Source: Lingula anatina
Taxonomy: Eukaryota; Animalia; Brachiopoda
Length of the DNA stretch: 64,000 nt
Assembly: GCA_051362555.1 (NCBI GenBank)
Contig: CM120648.1
Span: 18,472,587-18,536,586, forward strand
Direction: 5' to 3'
Under the pieces are notes generated by a model. It saw only the letters and a list, made by a program, of their open reading frames with translations. It did not search any database and was not told where the DNA came from. Shown here in pieces: positions 9,966-22,219 of this stretch (its first letter is position 1; every line of letters starts with the position of its first letter). The position numbers were made by a program, and so were the translations under genes.

Positions 9966-11961
9966 TTTTGTCAAAGATGAGTATTGTTGTGATGTGGCAT
10001 ATGATAAATCAAAATTTTCTGACGATTATTTTGAATACGAGCAAGGCAATGTAGATATCTGTGTTAAAGGCAGGCTAAAACGTAAATTAGCATTTTGGAA
10101 AAGTATTGGCACTTATGAGTTTATTCTTGATGTTTTAGATAATGGATACAAGCTTCCTTTTTTCTCTATACCTGCGCCAGTTCATTTGGATAACAATAGA
10201 TCTGCTATTTTGCATAGTGCATTTGTTGAGCAGGCAATACAAGATTTGTTGGTCAAGGGCCTTATTAGTGAGTGTTCAGATGCACCTGTTGTAGTTAACC
10301 CGCTTACAGTGGCTATTAGCAGTAGCGGTAAAAAGCGTTTAATTTTAGATTTGCGGCATGTTAATAAACATCTTTGGAAATCTTCAGTAAAATTTGAAGA
10401 TATTCGTACTGCAATGTTTTATTTAAAACAGGGAGATTTTTGTTTCAAATTTGATTTACATTCTGCATATCATCACATTGATATTTTTGAGCCTCACACT
10501 TATTTTTTAGGGTTTTCTTGGAAATTTGGAAATACTTCCAAATTTTTTAGATTTAAAGTATTGCCATTTGGTCTCAGTTCGGCATGCTACATTTTTACTA
10601 AAGTGACCAGGCCGCTGGTTAAAAAGTGGCGAGGAGAGGGCAAAAAAGTGGTCATGTATTTAGATGATGGTTTTGGTTGTCATTCGCAGTACAGCGAATG
10701 TAAGAAGATTGCTTTAGAAATTAAGCAAGATCTTATTAACAGCGGGTTCGTTCCTAAAGTTGAAAAATCAATGTGGTCTCCTAGTACTAAGATTTTATTT
10801 TTAGGATATAACTTGAATTTAGAGAAAGGCACTATATGCATTCCTGATTACAGAATTCTTAAAATTCGGCAAACTATAAAGGATATCCAATCTTTGTTTA
10901 GAAGAAAAGGCAGCGTTCATGTGCGTTTTGTTGCTAGCTTAGTAGGTCAGATCATTTCTACGTCTTTTGTTACTGGCAATATGGTTTATATTATGACAAA
11001 ATGTCTGAGTTTTGATATTTCAAAAGCTAAATGTTGGAATGAACAAATTGTTTTGAGTAAAGACAGTATAAAGCAAATGGAATTTTGGGAATCTAATGTA
11101 TGCAAGATTTCTGTAAGGAATTTTATAATTGATCAAGCTGTGCATTCTATTATTTACAGCGATGCTAGTGGAACTGGTTATGGCGGTTATATGGTGGAAA
11201 ATCCTTTGGAGATTTCGCATGGAATGTGGAATAGTAACGAGATAAATTGTAGTTCAACATGGAGAGAGCTCGTAGCTGTGAAAAGAGTTTTTTCATCCTT
11301 TTTGCCATTCCTTCAGGGCAAATCTATTAAATGGTTTTCAGACAACAAAAATGTTGTTAGTATTATTGAAAGAGGTAGCATGAATTGTAATTTGCAAGAT
11401 ATTGCGCTTAGTATTTTTGAATTGTGTTTGTTAAATGGTGTGACTCTACGTGCTGAATGGATTCCACGTAGTGAAAATTTATATGCAGATCAAATCAGCA
11501 GATTAGTAGACTATGATGATTGGGCGGTGGTAGATAGTATTTTTGATTATTTAGATTCAGTGTGGGGGCCGCATGAAATTGACTTTTTTGCCTCCGATCA
11601 TAACAATAAATTGGCAGTTTTTTATTCTAGATATTGGACTCCAGGTGCGGTGGGCACTGATGCATTTACTGTTCATTGGGGTGGTGTAAATGGTTGGTTT
11701 GTGCCCCCTGTGTGTATATTATCTAGAGTTATATTGTATTTAAGACAATGCAAGGCTTGTGGCACGGTAATTTTACCTTGTTGGCACTCAGCTAGTTTTT
11801 GGCCTTTATTATGTAAAGGCGGGTGTTTTATAAAGGAAGCTGTAGCATATGTAGAGTTACCGAGAGAAAAAGCTTGTTATGTTCCTGGAAAAGCAGGAGG
11901 TTTGTTTGGTAGATTGGACTTGCCGTTTAAAATGCTGGCAGTCAGATTTGATTTTTCTTAA
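9688..11961 (+). CDS. pol: Pol: reverse transcriptase + RNase H + Dam-like adenine methyltransferase domain
   Basis: RT: KKRLILDLRHVN, FDLHSAYHHI, LPFGLSSA, YLDD. RNase H: YSDASGTGYG, RELVAV, SDN, ADQISR. MT-like: WGPHEIDFFAS...DAFTVHW...WFVPP. The ORF overlaps gag in another frame. Confidence 0.92.
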   Translation: MAPANLTLVVLILFTVPSLFFVDNNGRFPVQHQEQSVQVLSCQQQPLPLSAPTDKEGVGRVLRVDPSAIGGEIVPSLKQQEVHQESQRPVVHDFVKDEYCCDVAYDKSKFSDDYFEYEQGNVDICVKGRLKRKLAFWKSIGTYEFILDVLDNGYKLPFFSIPAPVHLDNNRSAILHSAFVEQAIQDLLVKGLISECSDAPVVVNPLTVAISSSGKKRLILDLRHVNKHLWKSSVKFEDIRTAMFYLKQGDFCFKFDLHSAYHHIDIFEPHTYFLGFSWKFGNTSKFFRFKVLPFGLSSACYIFTKVTRPLVKKWRGEGKKVVMYLDDGFGCHSQYSECKKIALEIKQDLINSGFVPKVEKSMWSPSTKILFLGYNLNLEKGTICIPDYRILKIRQTIKDIQSLFRRKGSVHVRFVASLVGQIISTSFVTGNMVYIMTKCLSFDISKAKCWNEQIVLSKDSIKQMEFWESNVCKISVRNFIIDQAVHSIIYSDASGTGYGGYMVENPLEISHGMWNSNEINCSSTWRELVAVKRVFSSFLPFLQGKSIKWFSDNKNVVSIIERGSMNCNLQDIALSIFELCLLNGVTLRAEWIPRSENLYADQISRLVDYDDWAVVDSIFDYLDSVWGPHEIDFFASDHNNKLAVFYSRYWTPGAVGTDAFTVHWGGVNGWFVPPVCILSRVILYLRQCKACGTVILPCWHSASFWPLLCKGGCFIKEAVAYVELPREKACYVPGKAGGLFGRLDLPFKMLAVRFDFS

Positions 11962-12019
11962 TAAATAGAAGTGATTTTAAATAACTAATTGTTTTTGTTT
12001 TTTACATTTATTTTTGCAG

Positions 12020-13006
12020 GCTTATAAGGATGACACTTCTGAGCTTCCTGACGAGTTGGCTGGTAAAATACCATTGGTTGCTGGATTTTTGTCTGAGAGT
12101 CGGTCATTGAACACAATCAAGGGTTATTATTCAGCTTTCATGCGATGGAAATTCTGGGCAAAGAAGAACGGCATTCAAGAGATTTTTCCGGCAAAAGGTT
12201 TTCATGTTGCTTTGTACTTGTCATGTTTAGCAGAGCAGTCCAATTCACCTAGTCCTGTTCATCAGGCTTTTTACGGGCTTAAATGGGCTCATGCCATTAT
12301 AAGCGCAGAGTCTCCTACAGACTCTAGTTTAGTTAAAAATGTGTTGGAAGGTATTAAGAGGAGCAAGTCACAGCCAGTTTGCAAAAAAGAGCCCATATCT
12401 CCAGATATTTTGGAAAAAATGTTTGATGCAAATTTTGAAGAAGGGAATGTGTATTCTCAACGTACTATATGTGCTTGCTTGCTTTCTTATGCAGGCTTTC
12501 TTAGAGTTTCAGAGCTGTTAAATTTAAGGATCAGCGATGTTTCGTTTCATGATTCATACATGTCGATTTTTATCGAAAAGAGTAAAACGGACATCTATAG
12601 AGATGGTTCTCATATAGTTATCGCAAGAACTTATTCAAAGCTTTGCCCTGTAAAAAATTTAGAGAGATTATTCTCTTATGCGAATCTTGAGCATTCGGAT
12701 TTGTATCTTTTCAGATCTGTCACCAAGCACTTCAACAGCTATCGTTTTAGAGATGACGATAAGCCTATTTCATATACTAGAATGAGAGAATTATTCATTT
12801 CCTCTTTTTCTCCTTTTGTTAAAGATATAAAACAATTTGGTTTACATAGTTTGAGAGCAGGTGGTGCTACTGCTGCTGCAAGAGCTGGTGTTCCAGACAG
12901 GTTATTTAAAAGACATGGAAGGTGGAGATCGGAAACGGCTAAAGATGGCTATGTGAAAGATAATTTATCTGACAGATTATTTGTTAGTAAAAAATTGGGT
13001 CTTTAA
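12020..13006 (+). CDS. Tyrosine recombinase (phage-integrase family) of the retrotransposon
   Basis: Catalytic motifs GFLRVSEL, KSKTD, HSLRAGGAT, HGRW and GYV. The ORF has no early ATG and begins right after a polypyrimidine tract + TTGCAG (acceptor AG at 12018-12019). Confidence 0.92.
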   Translation, partial: AYKDDTSELPDELAGKIPLVAGFLSESRSLNTIKGYYSAFMRWKFWAKKNGIQEIFPAKGFHVALYLSCLAEQSNSPSPVHQAFYGLKWAHAIISAESPTDSSLVKNVLEGIKRSKSQPVCKKEPISPDILEKMFDANFEEGNVYSQRTICACLLSYAGFLRVSELLNLRISDVSFHDSYMSIFIEKSKTDIYRDGSHIVIARTYSKLCPVKNLERLFSYANLEHSDLYLFRSVTKHFNSYRFRDDDKPISYTRMRELFISSFSPFVKDIKQFGLHSLRAGGATAAARAGVPDRLFKRHGRWRSETAKDGYVKDNLSDRLFVSKKLGL

Positions 13007-13549
13007 AAATTATTCCCGTTCTTTGTTTTCGATTCGTGCGCTAACTGCGTCCATATACACTTTATATGTTGTTTGTGTTGTTTTATTATTAATGTTATGC
13101 AGTGTCGGTTATTGTCTAGGAGAAATATAATTCTATTCGGTTGAGCGAAGTGAATAAGAATGGAATTATTTTCTCCTAGGGGGCGACACTGTATACATTG
13201 TGTTAGTTGTGCTAGTGGTAAGAATTGTGGGTAAGTTACGACAGTTGTTCATTCGACCAGTTAGCGCAGATCAGTCTACACGTAAATTTTAATTTTCAAA
13301 TTTTGTTGATGAATTTGTTGTTTTAATTTGATTAGTATATGTGATTCTTTCTGTTTTCTAACTACAGTGGTTATTTTTACAATGGTTATTTAATTTTATT
13401 TTTATTGTTTTCAACATAAATACAGTGTATGTTGTGTTGTAGGCGTATATGTGGTAGACATGGGTGTGTTTTTGGGTTTGAGATTTACGTTTATTAATTT
13501 CATGATTGATTTATATGAGCCGTTTTTGAGGAAGTTTGCACTTGTGTAG

Positions 13550-13952
13550 TGGGTAGATGAGTTCGGAGGTGGTGTTTGGGATGTGGTCTCAGGTGATTTC
13601 CTATGTATGGGAGAAATGAGATCGGAAGTGCTTGGGTTGTGATATTCTGTTAAATCTCTGTGCAAGTGAAAGATGAGCTTGGGTGAGCTGTGGGATGTGA
13701 TATCCCGGTGATTCCCTATATGAGGGAAGGATGAGCTAGGAAGAGCTGTTGGGATGTGATATCCCGGTGATTTCCTAGGTAAGGGAAAGATGAGCTCGGA
13801 AGAGCTGTTGGGATGTGATATCCCGGTGATTCCTTAGGTAAGGGAAAGATGAGCTTGGAAGAGCTGTTGGGATGTGATATCCCGGTGATTTCCTGGGTAA
13901 GGGAAAGATGAGCTTGGAAGAGCTGTTTGGGATGTGATATCCCGGTGATTCC
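13550..13952 (+). repeat. Tandem ~59-bp repeats (5-7 copies) in the A2-B2 spacer of the PAT-like element
   Basis: GGGAAAGATGAGCT(T/C)GGAAGAGCTGTTGGGATGTGATATCCCGGTGATT at ~13782, 13842 and 13901, with more degenerate copies upstream. Confidence 0.85.
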
Positions 13953-14476
13953 TTTATATATATAAAAGGAAGAGATGATAAAGAGGTTTGGTGAGGAGAG
14001 GGTATCCTCGTGTTTATAATTTATTTATTTAATTATTTGTTTATGTTGTTTGTAAATGATTGAAGATGGTTTGGAATAAAATTCGTGCGCTAACTGCGTC
14101 CATATACACTTTATATGTTGTTTGTGTTGTTTTATTATTAATGTTATGCAGTGTCGGTTATTGTCTAGGAGAAGTTACAATATGTTTCATGTACAGGTAT
14201 GATATTATAGTATACTTTGTTCTCATTCACATAGTATTGATTGATAGATATCTTAACTTGCTTGTTTATGTATGTATATAAGTTCATCAATTAATTTTAC
14301 ATTACCCGTTGTAGATATTTGAATATGTAAATTTTTTTTTGTATTTTTTTACCACTGTATATGTGTAAAAAGTTTTAATATGTAAGTTAAGTAAATGTAT
14401 TCAGTCAACAATATGAACATCATATATCATATCTTACTTCAGTATATTTATATATTCCCTCAAAGATGTCAACAGC

Positions 14477-14481
<5 letters not shown>

Positions 14482-14536
<55 letters not shown>
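14482..14536. repeat. (TA)n microsatellite
   Basis: Pure TA run of ~27 units. Confidence 0.95.
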
Positions 14537-14538
<2 letters not shown>

Positions 14539-15595
14539 AAAGATGTTACAATATGGAATATATTGAATGTATTTGATCTAATATGAACATACATGTACAT
14601 TTATGTATATTAGTTCATTAATTAGTTTTAGATTATTCATGGCTTTTATTAAATCACCATAAATATATAGAAAGATGGTTCAATATCTAGCATATGTTAA
14701 TATGTTATGTGGTCACTTACAGATAACTTAGATTGAAAGATGTTTTAATTCAATAGCTATTGTACGGGTGTGTATACGAGTTCATTTATCAGTTTTAGGT
14801 TAATTATGTGGCTTTTGTAAAATTACCACAATATGGACCTTGCAAATAAACTGATTTCTAATTCAAGTTGTCTTACTTGTATCTTTACAATATAGGCATT
14901 TATTTTGCCTTTCTTTTATGATACTTTATAAAAGCAAATTTTATTATTTAAAGAAAGGGAGGGTTCCAGATGTCAGCCACTGAAAATTACAACACTTCAA
15001 TACAACATAATAGTCAAAATTGCTGCCAAGATCACAGTGCTAAAACGTATTTTGATAAAAAAAGAATCCTCAGAGAGACCACTAGCCTCCAAAAACATAA
15101 CATATGTTCACCGTGATACAGCTGCTATAAAAGGTAATTCAAATGCAGTCTAAGAGAATATCTTATTCCAATACACTCTATATCTGGGTACCAATGTGTC
15201 ATTTGCCCAATATCTAAAGTAGCCTCAATTCCCAGATATCTTCAGAGAGAGAGTAGAGCGTTTGCCTCTGCTTTATAAACACTGAAACCTCTTATTTTAA
15301 CTTCTTCAAATTTAGGTTTCCTGTAAACAACACAGATACGGGGAATTTATATAAAATAATAATAAAAAAACAAACATAATACTCGCATAAATAAAAAATA
15401 CATATTTGATGATCTGTAGAAAATATAGAGCCTAAAAGTGCATTTATCAACCTGAAATGTATTAAGTTGAAGCCGTTTGTTATTTTGTGTGTAAACTTGC
15501 ACATAAATACCCAGTACATCGACTGCGTATTCTTTTTGTCGCCCTACCGTGTGTTAATAGATATGTTTGAATTAGAATAATAAGATTGTCTTACT

Positions 15596-16860
15596 CAGTG
15601 GCGGATTTAGGGAGGGGGGTTCAGTGGGGTCCTTACCCCCCTCCCCCCCTCCTTCGGTTTCTGAAAAAAAATCACACTAAATATTACCCTTTTGAATTGA
15701 GATTTTAAGTTGCTGATTTATAGTTCTTAACCGTTCCAAATGGCACCGTTTGGCATTCAAAACACCAAAATATTTGGGGGCCCTTCAGTGGTCCCCCAAC
15801 CCCACCACAAGGAGGTTGAGTGTCGGCTTCGAATCCGAGGCCTGTCATTCGTAAAAGACACTGTCACCCCCTTCAAATCCTGGATCTGCCCCTGTCTAAC
15901 CACCTGTATAATGCGTTCAGGAGACAAAAATTGTGTCTTCTTTGTAAAATTGTTTGACAAATATGTTTTCTCAAAATCTGCATCGTTGCAATTGCTTAAA
16001 TACACGTTTGAACGTTTTGAAATTATTCTTTCTTTTTATAAGGGGTTGTTTAAACCAAAACCGCCCAAGTGGGGGTTGCCTTTGATCCCATTGTGCTCCA
16101 CTTTGTAATAAGTTAACTCAAACCTAATATAAGCACAAAACGAAGGCACAGGAAAAAAATTAACTAGGAACGCTCCGTGTCGGCTTCTCAAACAAGGCCT
16201 CGTGCACATCATCATGTTCGGGGACTGGCGTTGCGTGAGATGACATACATCTGTACGGCACCCGGGCTATCTATTGTAACTGTAGATGTAAACATATACA
16301 ACCAAGCTGGCGTGATAAGGTAGAAAGCTTCCATTTGTTGTAAATGTTATCAACGAAGCTTCTGCGACTCCGTGGTAATTCCACTGTCTTAAATACACGT
16401 ATTCCTTTGCACGTGGGTTCGAATGCTAAAGTTTTCAGTGCAATATTTTTGCTAGATGAGTTTTCTGAAAATAGCACTTTTTTACTATAAGAAGTAAAAC
16501 GTATATAAACGGTGGGCGGTGGGTCAGGCACAGCGCTGTCGTTGGTGTGCGCGGTTGCAATAAATAAATAAACAAATAAAAAAATAAATAAAATAAAATA
16601 AAAATCCAGAACGGTCATCAACCGTGGTAACAGAAAGTCACGAGTTCGAGTCCCGGATAACGCATATCAGTCCGTCACAACTGGCCCTGCAATCAGGAAG
16701 TCACGGGAACGAATGCGGGCTCTTGTCGGTCCGGGCAAATAACCTTTTTTATAAGCAGCCGGTATAGTTTAGAGTAGGTGATCGACTTGACAACTGTTTG
16801 CTTATCATAAAGTATGCGTCGTCAATAATATTTCCTTTCTCTTTACTTTTAGTCTTTTAA
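15596..16860 (+). repeat. Composite interspersed repeat (starts with a CAGTGGCGGAT...ATCTGCCCCTG MITE), paralogous to 29101-30400
   Basis: Shared colinear blocks CAGTGGCGGATTTAG, CAAAACACCAAAATA, AAACAAGGCCTCGTG, ACAACCAAGCTGG, GGTGGGTCAGGCACAG and CTGGCCCTGCAATC in both copies. Confidence 0.7.
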
Positions 16861-16914
16861 ATGCTGCGTTTTTACTAATCTATATAGCATACACGAAACA
16901 AGGGCAAATACTAA

Positions 16915-17129
16915 GGCTCTATTCCCATAGATTTTAGATCGATCTATTCCCGCGGGGAGTCTCACTAGATTACTTTCAGATAATCCGACTTAAATGTCCG
17001 TCCCGCCTATTACAAGCTGTAAGAGGGTAATTAACTTTCATGTCCGCCCGGCTGACAGATATTTAGCGTGAACCCCCAGGGAGTTAGGTCGATCTAAAGT
17101 AGGTCGATCTAATCTATGGAAATGGGGTG
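16915..17129. mobile_element. Short MITE (Tourist/Harbinger-like, imperfect TIRs); second copy at ~33777-33992
   Basis: GGCTCTATTCCCATAGATTTTAGATCGATCT ... AGGTCGATCTAATCTATGGAAATGGGGTG, flanked by TAA; near-colinear copy inside the hAT-like insertion. Confidence 0.6.
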
Positions 17130-20100
17130 TAATTTGCCGACTAGCCCGGCCGATAGAAGGAGGGAGTCGGTTTTATTTCTGTGAATTGGAATTTATAACA
17201 ATTAATATAATACATTGATACATTGATAGAAAAGAAAAGAAAAATAAATGTTGAATATTCCCTTTGAGTATCAAACTCAATTACGACAAATAAAATGTAA
17301 TTAATCTTCTACCGTTATCTTAACTTTTGGACACCGTTACATCACTATTATCATACAATACTGCATAAATTGTACGTAAAACACATCTCCTTAAAGGGTT
17401 TGCTTCATGCCGTCAGAATGGCCTGAACGGAACATATTCTTCAGAAAACATGCCCAACTAACGATATCTTTATCCAAATACACAAATTAAAAGCTCATTT
17501 TGTAAATTTTTGGCTTTAAAAAACGTCCTATTTGCTCGGCCTGGGAGTTAATGAGCTATGTGGTCACGTGGTCCAATGACGACAATCGAGCCACTGGAGA
17601 ACAGAGCGTGCTTAGCTGTCAAACTGAGCTGCATTGTCCACCTGTAAGATGACTTCTCTGGCTTCTGATAAAAGTTTATACTCATTCAAATCTCTTACCC
17701 GAGGGGTCTAAATCCTCGTGAAGCTGTGTAAAACCTGTGTAAAGTCATTTCTTTAACAAGCATTTCATTATGGTTATCCCAAGTTGTATAAAACACTGCA
17801 TTTGAATGAGTTAAGGGAAATGTTGATTATTGCATATGAGGTACATGTTATTTGTGAAATTCAATTTATTTTATTAAACCGCTGACACTCCGTCTTGCAT
17901 ACTTCTATTAAACTGAGGTAAACAATGCCTGTTACCTTTACAAGTCCTATCTTAATCATCCATCTACCTGGAACTTCCTTTACCTCTTAATTAGAGGGTT
18001 AAATGGCATTCAATTTGTCTTGCTTGTATCGAACGCACTCTCTATCTAAGCTTTACTCCAGTTATCTCAGGTAAAAATCTACCTGTGCGTTAGTTACAAA
18101 GCGCAGCTCCCGTAGACCTGGGGGTACTAGATAAAATCTGAACACCAGGTTTATCGAGGAGCTAGAGAAAGAAAGGAAGAATTTTTCCTGCACAACTTCA
18201 TAGGAATTTTAACACGGACTTAATCCAGCTTAGACCTCCAAACTAACAGGGTGACATGGGCAATTTTCACAAACAAATCATAAAACTATATTTCAGTTAA
18301 CCGCCTTTAAAATAAATATACCGTTCTGGGTAAATTAAAATAGTTATTAAATCGCAAGAATATTTTTGACTTAAATGATGATTTTATTATTAATGGAAAT
18401 TAAGCTACTATATGAGGTACATTTGCTGTGATTACGCTGTCCTTCATGTTTTGCGTAAGTTTACATTTTGCTGTATGTGCTTGTAATCTTTTTTAATATG
18501 TGCGTACAATTTTTGCAGGTCTGGTTACCCCCCTGTTATGTGATGAGAGTATTAATTTGGCAATTAGTTCCTTAGCTTATTTGAATAGAATTGCAGTGTA
18601 AAATTTTCAACAAGATGTTGGCGAAGTAGCCCATTACTCTTTGTAGGTATTTCCCCCGTCAAAGTTTGTCTAAAATTATCTTTCAATCTTTACTCTTTCA
18701 AAGACAGTATAAAGTTACCTGACATATTTTCGTGTAAACTTAATGACAAGCCAAGTGTCTCCAGTTCATTCCGTACTCAATTTTACCCAAGCAAATTTTT
18801 TTCTTGAGTAGATCTTTATAGCACGGTGTTATAAGCTTACAAATTTGCAAAAAAAAATTGCGTACTGACGCAGAATTTGCGTTTCAAGTTATAAAATAAT
18901 CAATCTTTTAAATTATTTAATATTTCAGATGAAATAATCTTCAGAAACAAATCCTCAAAGCATAAACGAATTAGGATAACGAACATTTTTATTATAGCAG
19001 TTCCCATTTTTTCTTTAATATAACGCTCTTTTTCCTGTTTTTCCTCAACACGTTTTCTTCCACGGAAGCTTCAAGATACCCTGAGAGCAATTTCTTTTAT
19101 TTATGTTCGCGACCGTGTTTGAACTTAATTGTTTAAGTATTGATATTTAACGTCATTTACAAATACCAATAAAATAACCCCATGAAATAAATTAGATATA
19201 TTGAAAAATATGAAAGCCCACCAAGACGAGTTTCATACCTGTTATTACCTGGCTTGGGAATTGCAGCGGTGCATAATTAACAGGTTTGTTGTAAACGAGC
19301 TTTTGGTCAACTACAAAGCATTTAAAATGCATCAGCAATCAGTAAGTTTGCCAACTGATGACAGTTAATCTGAAAGACTACCAGCTCTTGATATGATCTA
19401 AACCACCTGAGGTGACCATGATCTAGAGCATCGCAACTATTGTCACCGAAGTTATAAGTCACGGAAGACCGTCACAGACAAAGAAAGATTGTCAAAGAGA
19501 GCTGCAATTTTGGTGAATCCCACGGCAACACACCGAGGCAAAATTCCTCAACTCCGTTCAACACAACTTTCCTTAACTTCTACGTCTGTATAGTATGCAC
19601 CATGCAGCTCAGCTGAGTCTCATAGACCTTTATCGTGATTGTCGTCACAGTACCACGTGACCCAGATCTGTTGCTTCATTTTTGCATATTGAGGTGAGGT
19701 TTACTAAAACGCTTTTTTTCTACTAATAGATTGTTTTTGTAATTTTTAAATGGCGGGGATCGATTAAAACATACCTCTAGTGTATAGATTGAGTGCTGTA
19801 TCTTCAAAATTCGAGAAATGGATTTTTACATGAACATTGTCCTTTAAGAATAACATGCCACCCAGTAAAAACCATAGATAAAACTGTGCATGCAAAACAG
19901 CAAATTCACTATGGAAAACTGTGTCTGTAGCCACGATGCTAACATGTACAAATCATCGCCCCATAAAACATAGATGCATGATATTCAGAGAGTTAGAGTG
20001 ACAGACCTCACTCTGAATTCACGAACCCATAAATTTTATAAAGTAAAATTTAGTGTGTCCTGACTGCTAAGCTGTCGGGCTAGAACTGAAGTGCTACTGC

Positions 20101-20294
20101 AAAGTACACCTAATAGTCACACCTGTGACTACTACTCAGCACTGTCACATGCTTGTGACGTAACGCAAAGACAATCATTTTTCACTATACGCTGTACCGT
20201 GAAAAATATTCATTAGGCAGAGATGGTCTTTGTTCTCTCCCCTTTACCAGCTACGCCACAGATCAAACTCGAATAAAATCAGTAGGTAATCCGG

Positions 20295-22219
20295 TGTGAA
20301 CGGAATACAGGTCCGCCCGGACCTCGGTTCCTAGGAACGGTGGTCCGTAGGACCATCGTTCCTAATGAATAGTAGTCCTAATGGGACCTGCATTCCTGAT
20401 ATAATAAAGGGTAGGACTTCTATTCCTGGCGGACCTGCATTACGTTTACATTAGTCAACGGAATGGAGGTCCGCCCTATAACTATGTCCGACCATTTAAA
20501 ATAGCAACTAGTGGATAATGACTATTGGCAGTAATATTATGCTTTAGTGAGCACATATAAGTACTTCATAAAATCGGCGGTTTGCCAGTTCGTCTCCCTG
20601 GTGTAGTGGTAAGGCTGTGCAGTATGATGGATACTATATAGAGGAATTGTGTAAGTGGATGGTGGTTCGAATTTCGTATACAGAAATAAAATTATGGTTA
20701 CTTTTCGTGCGTTTTTTTTTTTCTTTTGTTTTATCCTGGTCGTCATTTTTGCCACGTAGCAAATTTTTTGATTGGTTACAGACATAACCAGATGTCACAC
20801 GCTACCTTGTTCTACTATAAATACCGCTCATATATGAATACCACACCCTCACTAGACGTTTGATATGGAAGGGACAAGCAGCATACGGACCAGGTGCGAA
20901 GTTGACGTTATTTTCCAATATCTTCAGGAGGGCAGGTATCCTATCGAGACAACACCAACACAGAAAATAGTTATTTGGAGAACAAGCAAGTCTAATTATA
21001 AAGTAAACTTTCAATTTTAATGATGTTAAATATGCAATATTATTAGAGGTCACACTTCGTTATATGCAGATATACAATTCCAAGGATGTGTTTCCAATGG
21101 ACCTATGTACTGTACCTTGAATAAATGTCCTGCAGGGGGTTAATATTTCATGGGTATTTTAGGTCCGGGGGACTACCATTTCTAGGATATTAGGTCCGGG
21201 GACTACCATTTCTGGGATTTTAGGTCCAGGGGACTACCATTTCTGGGATTTTAGGTCCTGGGATAGCTGCTTACGATCCCTTTTCTCAGTTTTAAACTCG
21301 AACAAAATAACAGTAGTCAAGGTCAATAATTCCTTTATCATCATAAATGCGATGCATTAATTTCCTTGTTTTTAAATTTAAGGTGGTCACCTAGGACGAG
21401 ATAAGACACTGGCCAAGGTTGAACAGATATATTATTGGCCAAACATGGTAGACGACATTAGAAAATTAATTTTAAAATGAGACAAATGTCAGCGTGTCAA
21501 CAAAAAGAGCAACAGCGGCTCTCCACCGCTTAACCCTATTCCCGTGAACAAGTCTGAGGCGTGGAGGATGGTAATCAAGACAACTTATGGTATCTAAATT
21601 AATTTTACAGGTACTTACCGTGGGAACAAAAGTGTTGAAAAGAAATTTACGAAGGAGTGACAGAAAGGGGGGCAAACAATAAAACCCCTGGCTGGGGCCC
21701 TACGTTGTGAAGGGGATATCCAAATCTGGATCTTACATCCTGCAGATTGAAGGCGGGTGCACTCTGAAAGGCGCCGTAAACAGGGCAAATTTGAAAGTTT
21801 ATGTTGCACAGATGAATAAATAAAAGAACTGAAATAAATATATGAAAATGTAACAAGTGTTATTCTTCATATACTTTTTTTATTCCATTGTATTTGTTTA
21901 GGTGAAATATTTTAAAAGTAATTTTAATATTATATTATATTATCTATCTATCTATCTATCTATCACTCATTTTAAGTGCGAGAGAAAAATGGGAGTGGAC
22001 ATTTATTCCTAGTGTTAATCAGGATAACAGGTCCCATCCGGACTTAGATTCCTGGCGGTGGGACACGCATTCCTTGATAACTGTTGTCCTACGGACGTTA
22101 AATCCTAGTAACGTATGTCCTAGGACCTCCATTCCTAGCAACGCTAGACCTAGGACTTGCGTTCCCAGGACTTAGTGTCCGGTCGGACTTGCGTTACTAG
22201 GACTACCATTCCGTTCACA
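20295..22219 (+). mobile_element. Ginger1-type DNA transposon, degenerate/internally deleted
   Basis: TIRs TGTGAACGGAAT / ATTCCGTTCACA with CCGG on both sides (20291-20294, 22220-22223); subterminal GGAC..TTCCTAG repeats. Integrase remnants: IFQYLQEGRYP (20865-21002) and GGHLGRDKTLAKVEQIYYWPNMVDDIRKLILK*DKCQRVN (from 21382; H2C2 zinc finger with a stop). Confidence 0.82.

Larger units (their letters stand above)
9016..14173 (+). mobile_element. Full-length PAT-like (DIRS order) tyrosine-recombinase retrotransposon with split direct repeats A1-ORFs-B1A2-B2
   Basis: A1 9016-9183 = A2 13123-13290 (168 bp); B1 13032-13124 = B2 14081-14173 (93 bp). Encodes gag, RT/RH/MT and YR. AGAA is shared by the left junction, the B1A2 junction and the right junction. 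No TSD. Confidence 0.92.

Noticed and set aside
12014-13006. Phage integrase suggesting a prophage or bacterial contamination
   Set aside because: It is embedded with gag and RT between split direct repeats, so it is a eukaryotic DIRS-order element.
16615-16665. Pol III B-box (GAGTTCGAGTCC), also GGTTCAAGTCC at ~3614; possible tRNA or SINE
   Set aside because: No cloverleaf or clear A-box; at most decayed SINE heads.
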